Positions 17,842 to 27,928 of a stretch of DNA of 64,000 nt are shown here, piece by piece. Every line of letters starts with the position of its first letter. The first letter of the stretch is position 1. The notes beneath the pieces were generated by a model that was not told the DNA's origin, made no database searches, and worked only from the letters and a program-made list of their open reading frames with translations. The DNA is taken from the NCBI GenBank assembly GCA_963668025.2, contig CAXXTH010000011.1, positions 128,001-192,000 on the forward strand, given 5' to 3'. A program made the translations under genes and the position numbers. The DNA comes from Candidatus Hydrogenedentota bacterium. GTDB lineage: Bacteria; Hydrogenedentota; Hydrogenedentia; Hydrogenedentales; SLHB01.

Positions 17842-19260
17842 TCATATGAACGGAGAAGGAACGCCGTCCTCCATGATCTCCGAGTAATACCGGTTGATCA
17901 AGTCTTTATTGATGCGCGTCAATTCCTCTTTTGGAATGATGGACAATAACTTCCAGCCCAAATCAAGGGTATCCTCGATGGAGCGCCTGGAGGAGCCTTG
18001 GCCTATCATTTGCCTCTCGAAGCCTTCCGCGAACCGGAGGTATTTGCGGTCCAGTTCACTGAGGGCATCTTCACCCACGATGGACATAAGCTTGCGAATA
18101 TCGCGGCCTTGGGCGTAGGCGGCATATAATTGGTTGGCCAAAGCGCGATGGTCTTCACGCGTGAGGCCTTTGCCAATACCGTTGTTCATGAGGCGCGACA
18201 AGCTGGGCAAAATGTCCACGGGCGGGAAGACCCCTTGCCGGTGCAATGCGCGGCTGAGCACGATCTGGCCTTCGGTGATATAGCCCGTCAAATCTGGTAT
18301 CGGGTGCGTGATGTCGTCGTCGGGCATGCTGAGCATGGGGATTTGTGTGACTGAGCCTTTCCGGCCCCGGATGCGGCCCGCGCGTTCATATAACGAAGAA
18401 AGGTCGGTATACATATAGCCGGGATAGCCCCGGCGTCCGGGAATTTCCTCGCGGGCGCTTGATATCTGGCGCAAGGCGTCGCAGTAATTCGTCATATCCG
18501 TGAGCACCACGAGCACCTGGAAATCCAGCTCGAAGGCGAGATATTCGGCCACGGTAAGGGCGCAGCGCGGGGTGAACAGGCACTCGATGACGGGATCGTC
18601 CGCCTTGTTGATGAAGGCGATGACGCGCCCGCCGCCGCCGTTTTCCTCGAAGGAGCGCAGAAAGTATCCCGCCTCACGTTCCGTGATGCCCATCGCGCCG
18701 AACACGACCACGAACTCCTCCGCGTCGCTCTTGGTCGAGGCCTGTTGAACGATGAGGCTCGCGAGTTCATTGGCGGGCAGGCCTGCGCCGAAAAAGATCG
18801 GCAGTTTCTGCCCGCGCACCAAGGTGTTGAAGCCGTCGATGGACGAGACGCCGGTCTCGATGAAATCCTGGGGCTTGTTGCGGGAGACCGGATTGATGGC
18901 CATGCCGATAATATCGAGTTCTTTCTCGGGAAAAGGTGCGGGGAGGCCGTCAATCGGCTGGCCAGCGCCGTTGAACCGGCGGCCAATCAGTTCCTTGGAA
19001 ACCGGGATGCGCGCCGCATCATTTTTAAGGGAGACAGAGGTGCGCTTGGTGTCAAGGCCATGGGTGCCTTGGAGGATCTGCACGATGGCGTGTTTGGTGC
19101 TCACCTCGAGCACCTGGCCCTGGCGTATTTCGCCATCTTCGAGGCGCAGATCGAGAATGCTGCCGGGAGCAAACCGCCCGCCATTTCCTAGGAAGATTAG
19201 CGGGCCGGATATATAGGTTACATCCCTAAATTCCGTCCGGACCAATTCGCCTGGTTTCAT
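17842..19260 (-). CDS. atpB: V/A-type ATP synthase subunit B
   Basis: GQKLPIF, REEIPGRRGYPGYMYTDL and PDLTGYITEGQI motifs; ATG at 19260 overlaps the subunit A stop. Confidence 0.96.
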   Translation of the reverse strand: MKPGELVRTEFRDVTYISGPLIFLGNGGRFAPGSILDLRLEDGEIRQGQVLEVSTKHAIVQILQGTHGLDTKRTSVSLKNDAARIPVSKELIGRRFNGAGQPIDGLPAPFPEKELDIIGMAINPVSRNKPQDFIETGVSSIDGFNTLVRGQKLPIFFGAGLPANELASLIVQQASTKSDAEEFVVVFGAMGITEREAGYFLRSFEENGGGGRVIAFINKADDPVIECLFTPRCALTVAEYLAFELDFQVLVVLTDMTNYCDALRQISSAREEIPGRRGYPGYMYTDLSSLYERAGRIRGRKGSVTQIPMLSMPDDDITHPIPDLTGYITEGQIVLSRALHRQGVFPPVDILPSLSRLMNNGIGKGLTREDHRALANQLYAAYAQGRDIRKLMSIVGEDALSELDRKYLRFAEGFERQMIGQGSSRRSIEDTLDLGWKLLSIIPKEELTRINKDLINRYYSEIMEDGVPSPFI

Positions 19261-21035
19261 GCCGCACCTTCTTTCCCGCTCACGGCCAAAGCGGCCAGCG
19301 CTTCCTTTGTCGAGGTGATAACGGCTTGGCATTTTTCCATGAAATTCTCCGAAGGCTCGTCACGCAAGCGCGCCAAATCCTCACGCACCGGCAGCGCCAG
19401 CAGCTCATTTAGTGTTACTTCTTGCTTGAGAAGGGCTTGGCAGTCTTCGTGAAAGGCAAGCAGCGCGGCCAAAAGGCCTGCCGTCTTATCGATGGAGCTA
19501 AAGGCGTCGGCCTCCGAGTAGGCGTTTTGCTGGAGAAACACCTCGCGAATCAACTTGGCGGTCTCGAGGATCAAGCGCTCCGCGTCTTGCATGGCGTCGG
19601 GGCCTACCAGTTGCACTACTTCCTGGAGTTCCGCGTCTTTCTGCAAGAGCGCCGATGCGCGCTGCCGGTTCTCGCACCAGCCCGCAGGCGCGTTCACATC
19701 GAACCATTCGCGCAATTCTGGCCAGTAGAGCGAATAGCTCTTGTTCCAGTTCACGGCGGGGTAATGCCTGCGGTAGGCGAGGGCGGGATCAAGCGCCCAG
19801 AATCCGCCCGCCACGCGAAGGGAGGCTTGAGTCACCGGTTCGGAGAAATCGCCACCTGCTGGCGATACGGCTCCGACGATGGTCAGCGAGCCTACACGGG
19901 TGTCATCGCTTCCCGCACAGGCCACACGGCCCGCGCGCTCGTAATATTGGGAGATGCGCCCGGCTAGATAGGTGGGATAACCTTCCTCGCCAGGCATTTC
20001 TTCGAGGCGCGACGAAATCTCGCGCAAGGCCTCGGCCCAGCGCGACGTGCTATCGGCCATCAACGCGACACTGTATCCCTGGTCCCGGTAATATTCGGCC
20101 AGGGTGATGCCGGTATATACCGAGGCGTCACGCGCGGCGACGGGCATGTTCGAGGTATTCACCACGAGAATGGTGCGGCTCATGAGGGATTGGCCCGTGC
20201 GCGGATCCGTGAGTTCGGGGAATTCGGAGAGCACGTCCGCCATTTCGTTGCCACGCTCGCCGCAGCCGACATAGACGATGACATCGGCGTTGCAGTATTT
20301 CGAGAGCGTTTGCTCGACGACGGTTTTTCCTGTGCCAAAGCTGCCGGGCACGATGGCCGCGCCTCCCAAGGCAATGGGAAACAGGCAATCGAGCACGCGC
20401 TGGCCAGTCAGGAATGGCTGGGTGCAAGGCAGTTTGCGGCCGCATGGGCGCGGGCGCTTGACGGGCCAGCGATGGGCCATCTTGAGTTTCGCGCCGTCTT
20501 CAAACGTGGCGATGGCGTCCTCGATGGTATATTCGCCTGGCGGGACAATCGTGGCGACTCGCCCATGCATGCGCGGGGGAACAAGGATGCGATGCTCGAT
20601 AGCGGGCGTTTCCTGGACCGCGCCCAGGATATCGCCACCCAACAGCTCCTGTCCCACGGCGGCGGACGGAGTAAATGTCCAGCGCTTCGTGCGGTCCAGG
20701 GCCTCGGCGGTATGGCCGCGCCCGATGAAATCGCCGGACTGGTCCCGCAGCCCCGCCAGCGAGCGCAGAATGCCATCGTAGGTGTTGCCCATGAGGCCGG
20801 GGCCTAATTCCACCGACAACGGGGAGCCGGTGGCGCGCACGGGTTCGCCGAGTTTGATGCCTTGGGTTTCCTCGAAGACTTGCGCATAAATGGAATCACG
20901 ATCCACGCGGATGACTTCTCCGAGGAGGCCCGCTTCGCCCACGTAGACGATCTCGCCCATGGTGGCCCCAGGCATGCCTTCCGCTACGATCATGGGCCCC
21001 GCGATGCGGGTTAGTTTTCCGACAGGCAGTTCCAC
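19257..21035 (-). CDS. atpA: V/A-type ATP synthase subunit A (catalytic)
   Basis: P-loop GSFGTGKT, GCGERGNEM, NTSNMPVAAR and EMPGEEGYP motifs. Confidence 0.96.
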   Translation of the reverse strand: MELPVGKLTRIAGPMIVAEGMPGATMGEIVYVGEAGLLGEVIRVDRDSIYAQVFEETQGIKLGEPVRATGSPLSVELGPGLMGNTYDGILRSLAGLRDQSGDFIGRGHTAEALDRTKRWTFTPSAAVGQELLGGDILGAVQETPAIEHRILVPPRMHGRVATIVPPGEYTIEDAIATFEDGAKLKMAHRWPVKRPRPCGRKLPCTQPFLTGQRVLDCLFPIALGGAAIVPGSFGTGKTVVEQTLSKYCNADVIVYVGCGERGNEMADVLSEFPELTDPRTGQSLMSRTILVVNTSNMPVAARDASVYTGITLAEYYRDQGYSVALMADSTSRWAEALREISSRLEEMPGEEGYPTYLAGRISQYYERAGRVACAGSDDTRVGSLTIVGAVSPAGGDFSEPVTQASLRVAGGFWALDPALAYRRHYPAVNWNKSYSLYWPELREWFDVNAPAGWCENRQRASALLQKDAELQEVVQLVGPDAMQDAERLILETAKLIREVFLQQNAYSEADAFSSIDKTAGLLAALLAFHEDCQALLKQEVTLNELLALPVREDLARLRDEPSENFMEKCQAVITSTKEALAALAVSGKEGAA

Positions 21036-21154
21036 GATACTACCGCTCCAATCTCTGTATATTAAGTTTAAATCTTATACAATAGGTGCGCCATTCTCCG
21101 AACGCTTACGTTCATTGCCTTCGCTGTCATGACGCCTGCTTGAACAAAATCCAC

Positions 21155-21310
21155 ACGCCCAAAGCGGCAGCAAGCTGCCGCACTCCATACTGTTGCCGAG
21201 GAAAAAGTTATAGCACATGTGGAGTGCGGTAGCTTGCTACCGCTTTCTTGTTCTCTAGCGTGTATTTCACAATCACTTCCTTACTTTGACCCGCCAACTC
21301 CATTTTTGAA
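21155..21310 (-). repeat. About 155-bp dispersed element with paired TGGAGTGCGG-N-CCGCTTT hairpins, copy 1
   Basis: Reverse complement aligns along its length with 36890-37046. Confidence 0.75.
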
Positions 21311-21346
21311 AATCCCCTTGCACGGGGAAGACCATATAGCGGATAG

Positions 21347-21712
21347 TTAGTCCAGCCGGATCTCGTAACCAATCGCGGGCCGGATAACTTCCGCGATATA
21401 GCTGTCCATGTCCTGCGTTTCGGAATCGAAGCTGGGGCAATACAGCAAAATAGGCAAGCCTTTGCGCCGAGCGAGGCGTTCCTTAAAGCGTTCTGAAAAC
21501 CGCTCCTGGTAGTCTTCCTGCACGATAATGATGCCCACCTTCCGTTCGCATAGGGCCTCGATGCACGCTTCGGCGTCGCGCATGTCCTTGGGCTGGTCCA
21601 CATGAATGCCTGTTTGGCCTAGCAACAGGGCAAGCGGTTCATCCGCCACCGCGGTAACCACTACGCCAGCCTCTGATTTTTGGATATGTCCGTTTGCCAT
21701 GGTGTATTCCAT
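21347..21712 (-). CDS. atpF: V/A-type ATP synthase subunit F
   Basis: Operon position; VGIIIVQE...IRPAIGYEI. Confidence 0.85.
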   Translation of the reverse strand: MEYTMANGHIQKSEAGVVVTAVADEPLALLLGQTGIHVDQPKDMRDAEACIEALCERKVGIIIVQEDYQERFSERFKERLARRKGLPILLYCPSFDSETQDMDSYIAEVIRPAIGYEIRLD

Positions 21713-21734
21713 TTATAGGCCTGTCATGCAACGC

Positions 21735-22817
21735 TTAATGCCTAGCGCCCACCGTCTGTTCATATACCAATTCTTCCCGTAGCCGGCCCCGAGGGAGATG
21801 CTGGGCTTGGCCGTGCGTGAGAAGGCGTAAATTGATCACTTCGTTATATTTCGCCCAGGCATAGTATAAAAACGAGGCGAAACTCACCGGTTGCACGGAA
21901 GCCAAACGATGGAAACGCCGAAGAATGAGGAGATCTAGCAGGCGTTCGATGGGTGCAAAACGTCTCGCGGATAGGAATTCGTACAGGCGTTCCACAATAT
22001 CCCGGTACATAGTCGGCCCCAAGACTTCCACGGCATCGGCCACGGAGGGGGCTTCGGCAAACCGCCGCAACAGCAATTTGGACAGTGAGCCGCCAGGGAG
22101 CAAGCGTGATACGCGCGCTTCCGGTTCCAGAGCGCTTTGGCTCAACCGGAACAGCATCCGGAGATTAATACGGTCGATTTCCATCTGGAGCGCCGTGCGC
22201 AGGCATTGGGCCGCCTCATGAGCGTCTTGGCGCAAATCCAGTACGCCGGAAACATAGTATGCGCGATCCAGGGCTTCTTGCAGCATGCCCAAATTGTTAT
22301 CTTGCTTGTAGGCGTTCAACTGTTTCAGCAAGCAGCCACAAAGCTCGGGATTCCACAGCGCAAGCGCTTGAGTGAGCGATTCCATGCTGTCCCGGCTGGA
22401 AAGCTCCCGCAACAGCGGTACGGCTAAGGTGGGGCCAGGCATCAGCATTGCTTGCGCATCCTCGTCGCTCATGCCTAGATGGCGGCAGCGCAACAGCGAC
22501 TTGACCGCGATTAGATCCCATTGCAGCAGGTAAAATTCCACATATGGTTTCAACTCGCCATTTGCCATGGCCCTTAATTTCTGGAACGTAGCCGAAAAAT
22601 GCCTGGTGACAGCGTCCTCGACGGCTTTTGCGCCCTGAAACCGGGCCAGGGCTTCGGACATGGCCTCGGCGTAGGGTGAATGCAGCAATACTTCAATCAC
22701 CACCTGCACATCGTTGGCATCGAGAAGCTCCTCCATGCTTGCGGGCGATATAAGCTGGCTTTTCATCGCCCGGATGCGCGCCGCATAATAGATTATATCC
22801 GCGCTCCATGCCTTCAT
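21735..22817 (-). CDS. atpC: V/A-type ATP synthase subunit C (d)
   Basis: YYAARIRAMKSQL, EIDRINLR and KYNEVINLR motifs. Confidence 0.9.
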   Translation of the reverse strand: MKAWSADIIYYAARIRAMKSQLISPASMEELLDANDVQVVIEVLLHSPYAEAMSEALARFQGAKAVEDAVTRHFSATFQKLRAMANGELKPYVEFYLLQWDLIAVKSLLRCRHLGMSDEDAQAMLMPGPTLAVPLLRELSSRDSMESLTQALALWNPELCGCLLKQLNAYKQDNNLGMLQEALDRAYYVSGVLDLRQDAHEAAQCLRTALQMEIDRINLRMLFRLSQSALEPEARVSRLLPGGSLSKLLLRRFAEAPSVADAVEVLGPTMYRDIVERLYEFLSARRFAPIERLLDLLILRRFHRLASVQPVSFASFLYYAWAKYNEVINLRLLTHGQAQHLPRGRLREELVYEQTVGARH

Positions 22818-22820
22818 GCG

Positions 22821-23474
22821 TCACGCCTCCTGGCCGAATAAGGCAAGGACGCATCGTTTGCGGAGTTCCGGTTCGAGCATAGCGAACCTCTCCCCAAGCG
22901 TATTCGTTACGCGAACCGCGCAAGCATGATCTTGAACCGCCACGCCATCAAGCAACCGAGGCTCCGCCTGCACTTCTGCTGGACGGCCATGAAGCGCCCG
23001 CGCGCCATGTATGCGCACCCATTCGCGGCAAACATCAGAGAATTGCGGTGGTATGAGAATGATTACATTACAGCCGGGAGATGCGTCTCTGTCGAATGCT
23101 TCCAGGGCTTCTTGCAGCAGCGCGAGTAAAATGGATTCAAAGTCAGACTCTTCAGCGAGCGCTTCGAGCCGCCGCTTTAGGGCAGACAGCACTTCATCAA
23201 CGGCCTTATATTGCTCGGCGGTTCGTAAACGCTCTGCTTCCACATACGCTTGTTCACGCGCGGCTTGCGTCAATGCTTCCCGTTCTTTATGTAACGCCTC
23301 CATGCTCTCGACGCGGCGCGCTTCGGCCATATCGAGGGCAGCCTTCCGGATTTCCTCCGCTTGGACGCATGCGGCGGCCAGAATCTCATCCGCCCTCATT
23401 TTCACCTGCTGTGTGAGCGTATCGAAAAGAGGAGGACGCGCGGCATGTGTATCGATATCTGGCGGATGGCCCAT
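22821..23474 (-). CDS. atpE: V/A-type ATP synthase subunit E
   Basis: N-terminal coiled coil; GVAV...VTNTLGERF...ALF C-terminus; operon position. Confidence 0.8.
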   Translation of the reverse strand: MGHPPDIDTHAARPPLFDTLTQQVKMRADEILAAACVQAEEIRKAALDMAEARRVESMEALHKEREALTQAAREQAYVEAERLRTAEQYKAVDEVLSALKRRLEALAEESDFESILLALLQEALEAFDRDASPGCNVIILIPPQFSDVCREWVRIHGARALHGRPAEVQAEPRLLDGVAVQDHACAVRVTNTLGERFAMLEPELRKRCVLALFGQEA

Positions 23475-23487
23475 GGATGCTTAATGC

Positions 23488-23856
23488 CTATGCGAGTTGG
23501 AGAATCAAGATAGCAATCACAAAACCTAGGACCACAATGGTCTCAGGAATAGCGTACAAGATTAATATGCTGGCAAAGAGCTCTGGTTTTTCCGCCAAGG
23601 CGCCAGTTCCCCCCGCGCCTACCGCTGCTTGGACACGAGCCGTGCCAAGCCCCGCCAGGCCAATCGCCAGCGCCGCGGCAATCGTCACCCCAAGAATGCG
23701 AATGCCCGTGCCGACACTGTCATTGCCGGTGATAGGGGGATGGGCAGCCACGCTTTCTTCTTCTTGCGCGGATACCGTATTGGGAATCAACACACAGGTT
23801 AGCGCTAATAGTAGGATGAACACCGGGGAGAAGTGGGTGCAAACGCGAACGGTCAT
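23488..23856 (-). CDS. atpK: V/A-type ATP synthase proteolipid subunit K (single hairpin)
   Basis: GLAGLGTARVQAAVG...AEKPE...PETIVVLGF with ion-binding Glu; N-terminal signal-like segment. Confidence 0.92.
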   Translation of the reverse strand: MTVRVCTHFSPVFILLLALTCVLIPNTVSAQEEESVAAHPPITGNDSVGTGIRILGVTIAAALAIGLAGLGTARVQAAVGAGGTGALAEKPELFASILILYAIPETIVVLGFVIAILILQLA

Positions 23857-25781
23857 TTTAGAGCCTCCTTTTTAAATGGTTGGTACGCTATACCGGCCGG
23901 TGTATAGAACTTTGTCATGGATTCCACATAATTCAAACGAAGCGAATGCAAGGCCGGGCTGAATATGCCGATACACACATTAAGCAGGTGGATGGTTACG
24001 GCAACCGGTATCCCCACCCACAGGCTGTCCTGGCCCAAGCCTAATTCATTGGCGACTTCCGCTAACGCGACCGAAGCAAGCCCTAAGGCCATGAGACGGC
24101 TGTATGACAAGATATTTGTCACCAGTGAAACGACTTCCATCATTTGCACGGAGGCCATTACGCCAAGGGCTTTAAATAACAAGAACACACATACAACGCC
24201 TAATGCCGCCGCTAACAGAATCGCGGGCAGTGTGTTGAATGGCCAGCGGCCCGCCATCGCTCCGGCGGCGAGGCCAACGGCCACTAGCCCGCATAACAGG
24301 CCTGTTTTCTCCATGGCGTGAAGCGTATCGTGATGGCGCAGGCTCTCGCGGATGCCGAAGAGCTGGCTCAACACCACATGCACTCCACCAACCCCTACAG
24401 CGATGAATAGGAGACGGATAGGTTCATGCCCTCGGTGAAACCAGAGCGGCTTCATGCCAAATAGCTGATGGCCCAGATCACCCAAGAATTCGCCAAAAAG
24501 CACGCCGAAGATGGTCGCGGAAACACCCGCATAAATGCCTATCATTCCAGCGGAGCGGAGCGCGGGACGCCACCGGCCATACCGCCAGCGCAGGAGGCCA
24601 AAAAGCCCCACAATAATCAGCCCATAAGCGGCATCGCCCAGTATGAATCCATAGAAAAGCACAAAAAACACGCCCACTAGCACGCTCGGGTCGAAAGCGC
24701 CGTAAGCAGGCGGGCGGAAAATGGACAACAGCAATTCAAACGGCTTGAAGATAGGGTGGTTGCGCAACAGAATTGGAATGCGCTCCCGGTCGTCATGGAC
24801 CACGTTTAAGCGTCCGGCATGCACCTGGGCGGGAAAACGGGCGTCGAGCTGCTTCTTGAGTGCTTGTGTTGCGTCACGAGGGAGCCAGCCATGTATCACG
24901 CCCATCAGTTCGCTTTGGGCGCAGAAATGAACCGCCCGGATTTGGGCGGCTTCATCGGCAACCACGAGGCTAGCCGCCGCGATCAGCGCGCCATGCTCCG
25001 CCAGGAATGCCTGAAGCTCTTCCTCACACGCCGCTAAGCTCTCTTTCTGGTTGGTTATATCCTTGCGGGTGCGTTCGATAATCTCATGCAGCGTTCCCCC
25101 GGCGCTTCCGTGAGATTGCATATCCACGGAGACGATATGGTGTGAATGGAGAATTTCCTCAATGATTTCATTGTAATTTTCAGGATACAAGATTACGCCA
25201 ACGGCGCTATGCCGTCCTGTCTTGCGATGGGCAAGCGTGCATGCAGCGCCTGCTTTTTCGCGGAGATGATCCGCCAAATCTTGCAACGTAATCGATAGGC
25301 TACCTTGCAGCACAAACGCTCGCGCTGTCCGGCCTAAAATGGCGTCGTGTCCGCCGAGGAGGGGCTCGACAGCGCGCAAGGTGCGTACATATCCTTCTAA
25401 TACTTCGAGGTTGTCGCGCACGTTGGCCTTGCGCCGGACAATAGAACGTAAATCGCGGGAGCACCGCCGGATTTCTTTGCGCCAATGCGGAAGATCGGCC
25501 ATGCTGAGCTGCGCTACGGTCTCTTGAACCGCCTCTTCGCTGGGACTCGAGGGCATAAGAGGCATCATTTCACCCAGCATCTGCTCGAGCTGTTCGAGCA
25601 TTTCCAGCCGGGCCTGGGTAGCATCATCTAGATGGACGCGATGAAGGAACTGCGGCGTTTGCTCGACAGCCAGCGGCACTTCCTCGAGGTGCAGCACGCC
25701 TTCCACCTGAAGCACGGCGAGCACTTCCGGCAGAATCGCGCGCACGCAGATAATTTCGATATTATCCATATCCGCGATCAT
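23853..25781 (-). CDS. atpI: V/A-type ATP synthase subunit I (a)
   Basis: GDAAYG, NILSYSRLMALGLA and HSLRLNYVE motifs. Confidence 0.95.
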   Translation of the reverse strand: MIADMDNIEIICVRAILPEVLAVLQVEGVLHLEEVPLAVEQTPQFLHRVHLDDATQARLEMLEQLEQMLGEMMPLMPSSPSEEAVQETVAQLSMADLPHWRKEIRRCSRDLRSIVRRKANVRDNLEVLEGYVRTLRAVEPLLGGHDAILGRTARAFVLQGSLSITLQDLADHLREKAGAACTLAHRKTGRHSAVGVILYPENYNEIIEEILHSHHIVSVDMQSHGSAGGTLHEIIERTRKDITNQKESLAACEEELQAFLAEHGALIAAASLVVADEAAQIRAVHFCAQSELMGVIHGWLPRDATQALKKQLDARFPAQVHAGRLNVVHDDRERIPILLRNHPIFKPFELLLSIFRPPAYGAFDPSVLVGVFFVLFYGFILGDAAYGLIIVGLFGLLRWRYGRWRPALRSAGMIGIYAGVSATIFGVLFGEFLGDLGHQLFGMKPLWFHRGHEPIRLLFIAVGVGGVHVVLSQLFGIRESLRHHDTLHAMEKTGLLCGLVAVGLAAGAMAGRWPFNTLPAILLAAALGVVCVFLLFKALGVMASVQMMEVVSLVTNILSYSRLMALGLASVALAEVANELGLGQDSLWVGIPVAVTIHLLNVCIGIFSPALHSLRLNYVESMTKFYTPAGIAYQPFKKEALK

Positions 25782-26134
25782 GAACGGCCGCCTTGCACAT
25801 GGCCAGAGGGCAATACTACAACCGACAATTCCTCGACAAGACTGCTTATGTTGCGGCGCACGATGTCTTGAATATCGGCGAATCCGCCATTGACTTCATC
25901 CAGGATAGCGCGCCGGGCCGCCGCACAGGTTTCGTCTGTTTTCTGGCGCTGTTCGGATCTTTTACGCGCTATTTCTTCTTCTGTCCGGGAAAGAATCTCT
26001 TGCGCTTCAATGCGGGATTGCTGGACAAGAAGGCCTGCGGCTATTTGAGCGCGCTGGACAGCTTCGAGCAATTCTTGTTCATGCCGGGCCAGTGCCCCCA
26101 GGATGGAGATATCGGTTACTTCTAGTGTTTCCAC
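25778..26134 (-). CDS. V/A-type ATP synthase subunit G/H (stator)
   Basis: Short coiled-coil protein, first in operon, ending VVLP; coupled to the subunit I start. Confidence 0.7.
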   Translation of the reverse strand: METLEVTDISILGALARHEQELLEAVQRAQIAAGLLVQQSRIEAQEILSRTEEEIARKRSEQRQKTDETCAAARRAILDEVNGGFADIQDIVRRNISSLVEELSVVVLPSGHVQGGRS

Positions 26135-26341
26135 TTCGATTATTCTTACCCCTGCCTGGCCTGGAAGAATCCCTTGTCATTCAACCATGATATGAATGAA
26201 CTGGCGGATAGCATCCCGCTACATGCATCCTGCCATAGGCATTCTGGTTATTCAAGCCATGCACTGTTTCTCATGGACGCCAAAGATAACGCCGAATCAA
26301 CGAGATTCATTTCCCGAATGTGGCCAGCATGCACCGTGCGC

Positions 26342-27733
26342 CTATTTAATAGCTTCGGAGGGCAAAACAGCGTCCTTCTCCCTGTTTTCTCTCCCTTTTT
26401 GATCCAGCCGGTATAAAGTTGGAATGAATAGTCCCGCCGTGACCACCGCAGATAGGATGTCGGCAGTAGCAAAAGACAGCCAAACTCCGAGAATGCCAAA
26501 AAACCAAGGCAGCACAAACACCAGGGGCAATAAAAAAAGAATCTGGCGCGACATGGACAGCACATGCGTGGGGAGCGCTTTGCCAAGGGCTTCAAACATG
26601 CTCGAACCTACGATCTGGAATCCCACCAAAGGAAGACCTATGGATAAAATACGGATGATATTGCTTCCCTCTTCGATCAAAAAGGGGTCGTTGCCAAATA
26701 GGCCCACGATGCGTTCTGGAAACAGTTCCAGCAGGAGGAAGCCCAAAATGGATACGGCGCTGGCGGCCAATACCGCCTTGATTACGGTTTCCCGCACGCG
26801 ATGCCAGTTTTTCGCCCCATAGTTGAATCCAACAATGGGCTGCATGCCTTGCACTAATCCGATCAATGGCATGAACAGGAAAGTGAACAGGCGATTGGCC
26901 ACGCCCAGCACCGCGAGATGCAGGTCTTGGCCGTAATGGATGATGGTCGTATTGATGGCAATGGCGACCAGGCTTCCAGCGGCTACGCGTGTAAATGAGG
27001 CGCTGCCAATACGAAGCACTTCGGGCAATATATCGAAACTGGGCTTCAAATTGGCAAATGTGATGTGCAGCATGCTTTTGCCGTGCATGAAGAAATGGAG
27101 GAGATACATGGCGGAACCGATGTTCGCGATGACCGTGGCGACGGCGGCCCCCCATACTCCCCATTTGAATCCAAAAATGAAGATGGGATCCAAGATGGTA
27201 TTCGTGATGCCGCCAATGAGCATGCTGACCATGGCGGCTTTGGTGTTTCCTTCCGAACGGACGAGACAATTAGCGGAAACCGCGAAAGTAAAGAAAATGC
27301 TGCCCATGAAAATGACGGACATGTACTCGTATGCATAGGGCATAATGGCTTCCGTCGCGCCGAAACACCGAAGAAGCGGCCTTAGAAACATCAATCCCAG
27401 CACGGTCAGGAATATGCTCAATACGGCCACATAAAGGAATGAACTGCCCGCTGTCCGGTCGGCCCGGCGCGTATCGCCCGCGCCCAAACTCCTGGATATA
27501 ACGGACGCGGAGCCAATGCCAATCACATGCGCGGTGGCCAGCGTGATCATTTGAATCGGGAACGCCACGGCGAGACCCGCCAGCGCCATTGGCCCCACAC
27601 CCTGCCCCACGAAAATGGCGTCCACCAGATTGTAGAGGGAATTCACACACATGGCGACAATCGCCGGCGTGGAATAGCGTATTAATAAACGGCCCACATG
27701 CTCGTGGCCAAGCTCATATCTGCGTTCTTCCAT
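26342..27733 (-). CDS. MATE family efflux transporter (MepA-like)
   Basis: LYNLVDAIFVG, NTILDPIFIF and QPIVGFNYGA motifs; polytopic membrane protein. Confidence 0.93.
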   Translation of the reverse strand: MEERRYELGHEHVGRLLIRYSTPAIVAMCVNSLYNLVDAIFVGQGVGPMALAGLAVAFPIQMITLATAHVIGIGSASVISRSLGAGDTRRADRTAGSSFLYVAVLSIFLTVLGLMFLRPLLRCFGATEAIMPYAYEYMSVIFMGSIFFTFAVSANCLVRSEGNTKAAMVSMLIGGITNTILDPIFIFGFKWGVWGAAVATVIANIGSAMYLLHFFMHGKSMLHITFANLKPSFDILPEVLRIGSASFTRVAAGSLVAIAINTTIIHYGQDLHLAVLGVANRLFTFLFMPLIGLVQGMQPIVGFNYGAKNWHRVRETVIKAVLAASAVSILGFLLLELFPERIVGLFGNDPFLIEEGSNIIRILSIGLPLVGFQIVGSSMFEALGKALPTHVLSMSRQILFLLPLVFVLPWFFGILGVWLSFATADILSAVVTAGLFIPTLYRLDQKGRENREKDAVLPSEAIK

Positions 27734-27928
27734 TCTGATTCTCTCGCTGGTCCAAACGAGATATTGTTTGAGTCCAACTTTGTATTAACGGCAACAGAAC
27801 TGATATCTGCACATCTTTGGCCTATTCCTGGATGAATGGCGTGCAGGACATTTTACTTACATTGCATACATACACACAAAACCCGCTCTGAAATATCCTA
27901 TGAGTCTCGGCTTTTAGCTCGTTTCACC

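Noticed and set aside
21208-21290. Mini-ORF in the 155-bp element (VKYTLENKKAVASYRTP) as a transposase remnant
   Set aside because: Too short to support; the second copy has a stop and indels
23488-23856. Na+-coupled ATPase suggested by Q...ET in subunit K
   Set aside because: The proton-coupled Thermus proteolipid has the same Q/ET pattern, and further Na+ ligands are not evident; the ion cannot be assigned
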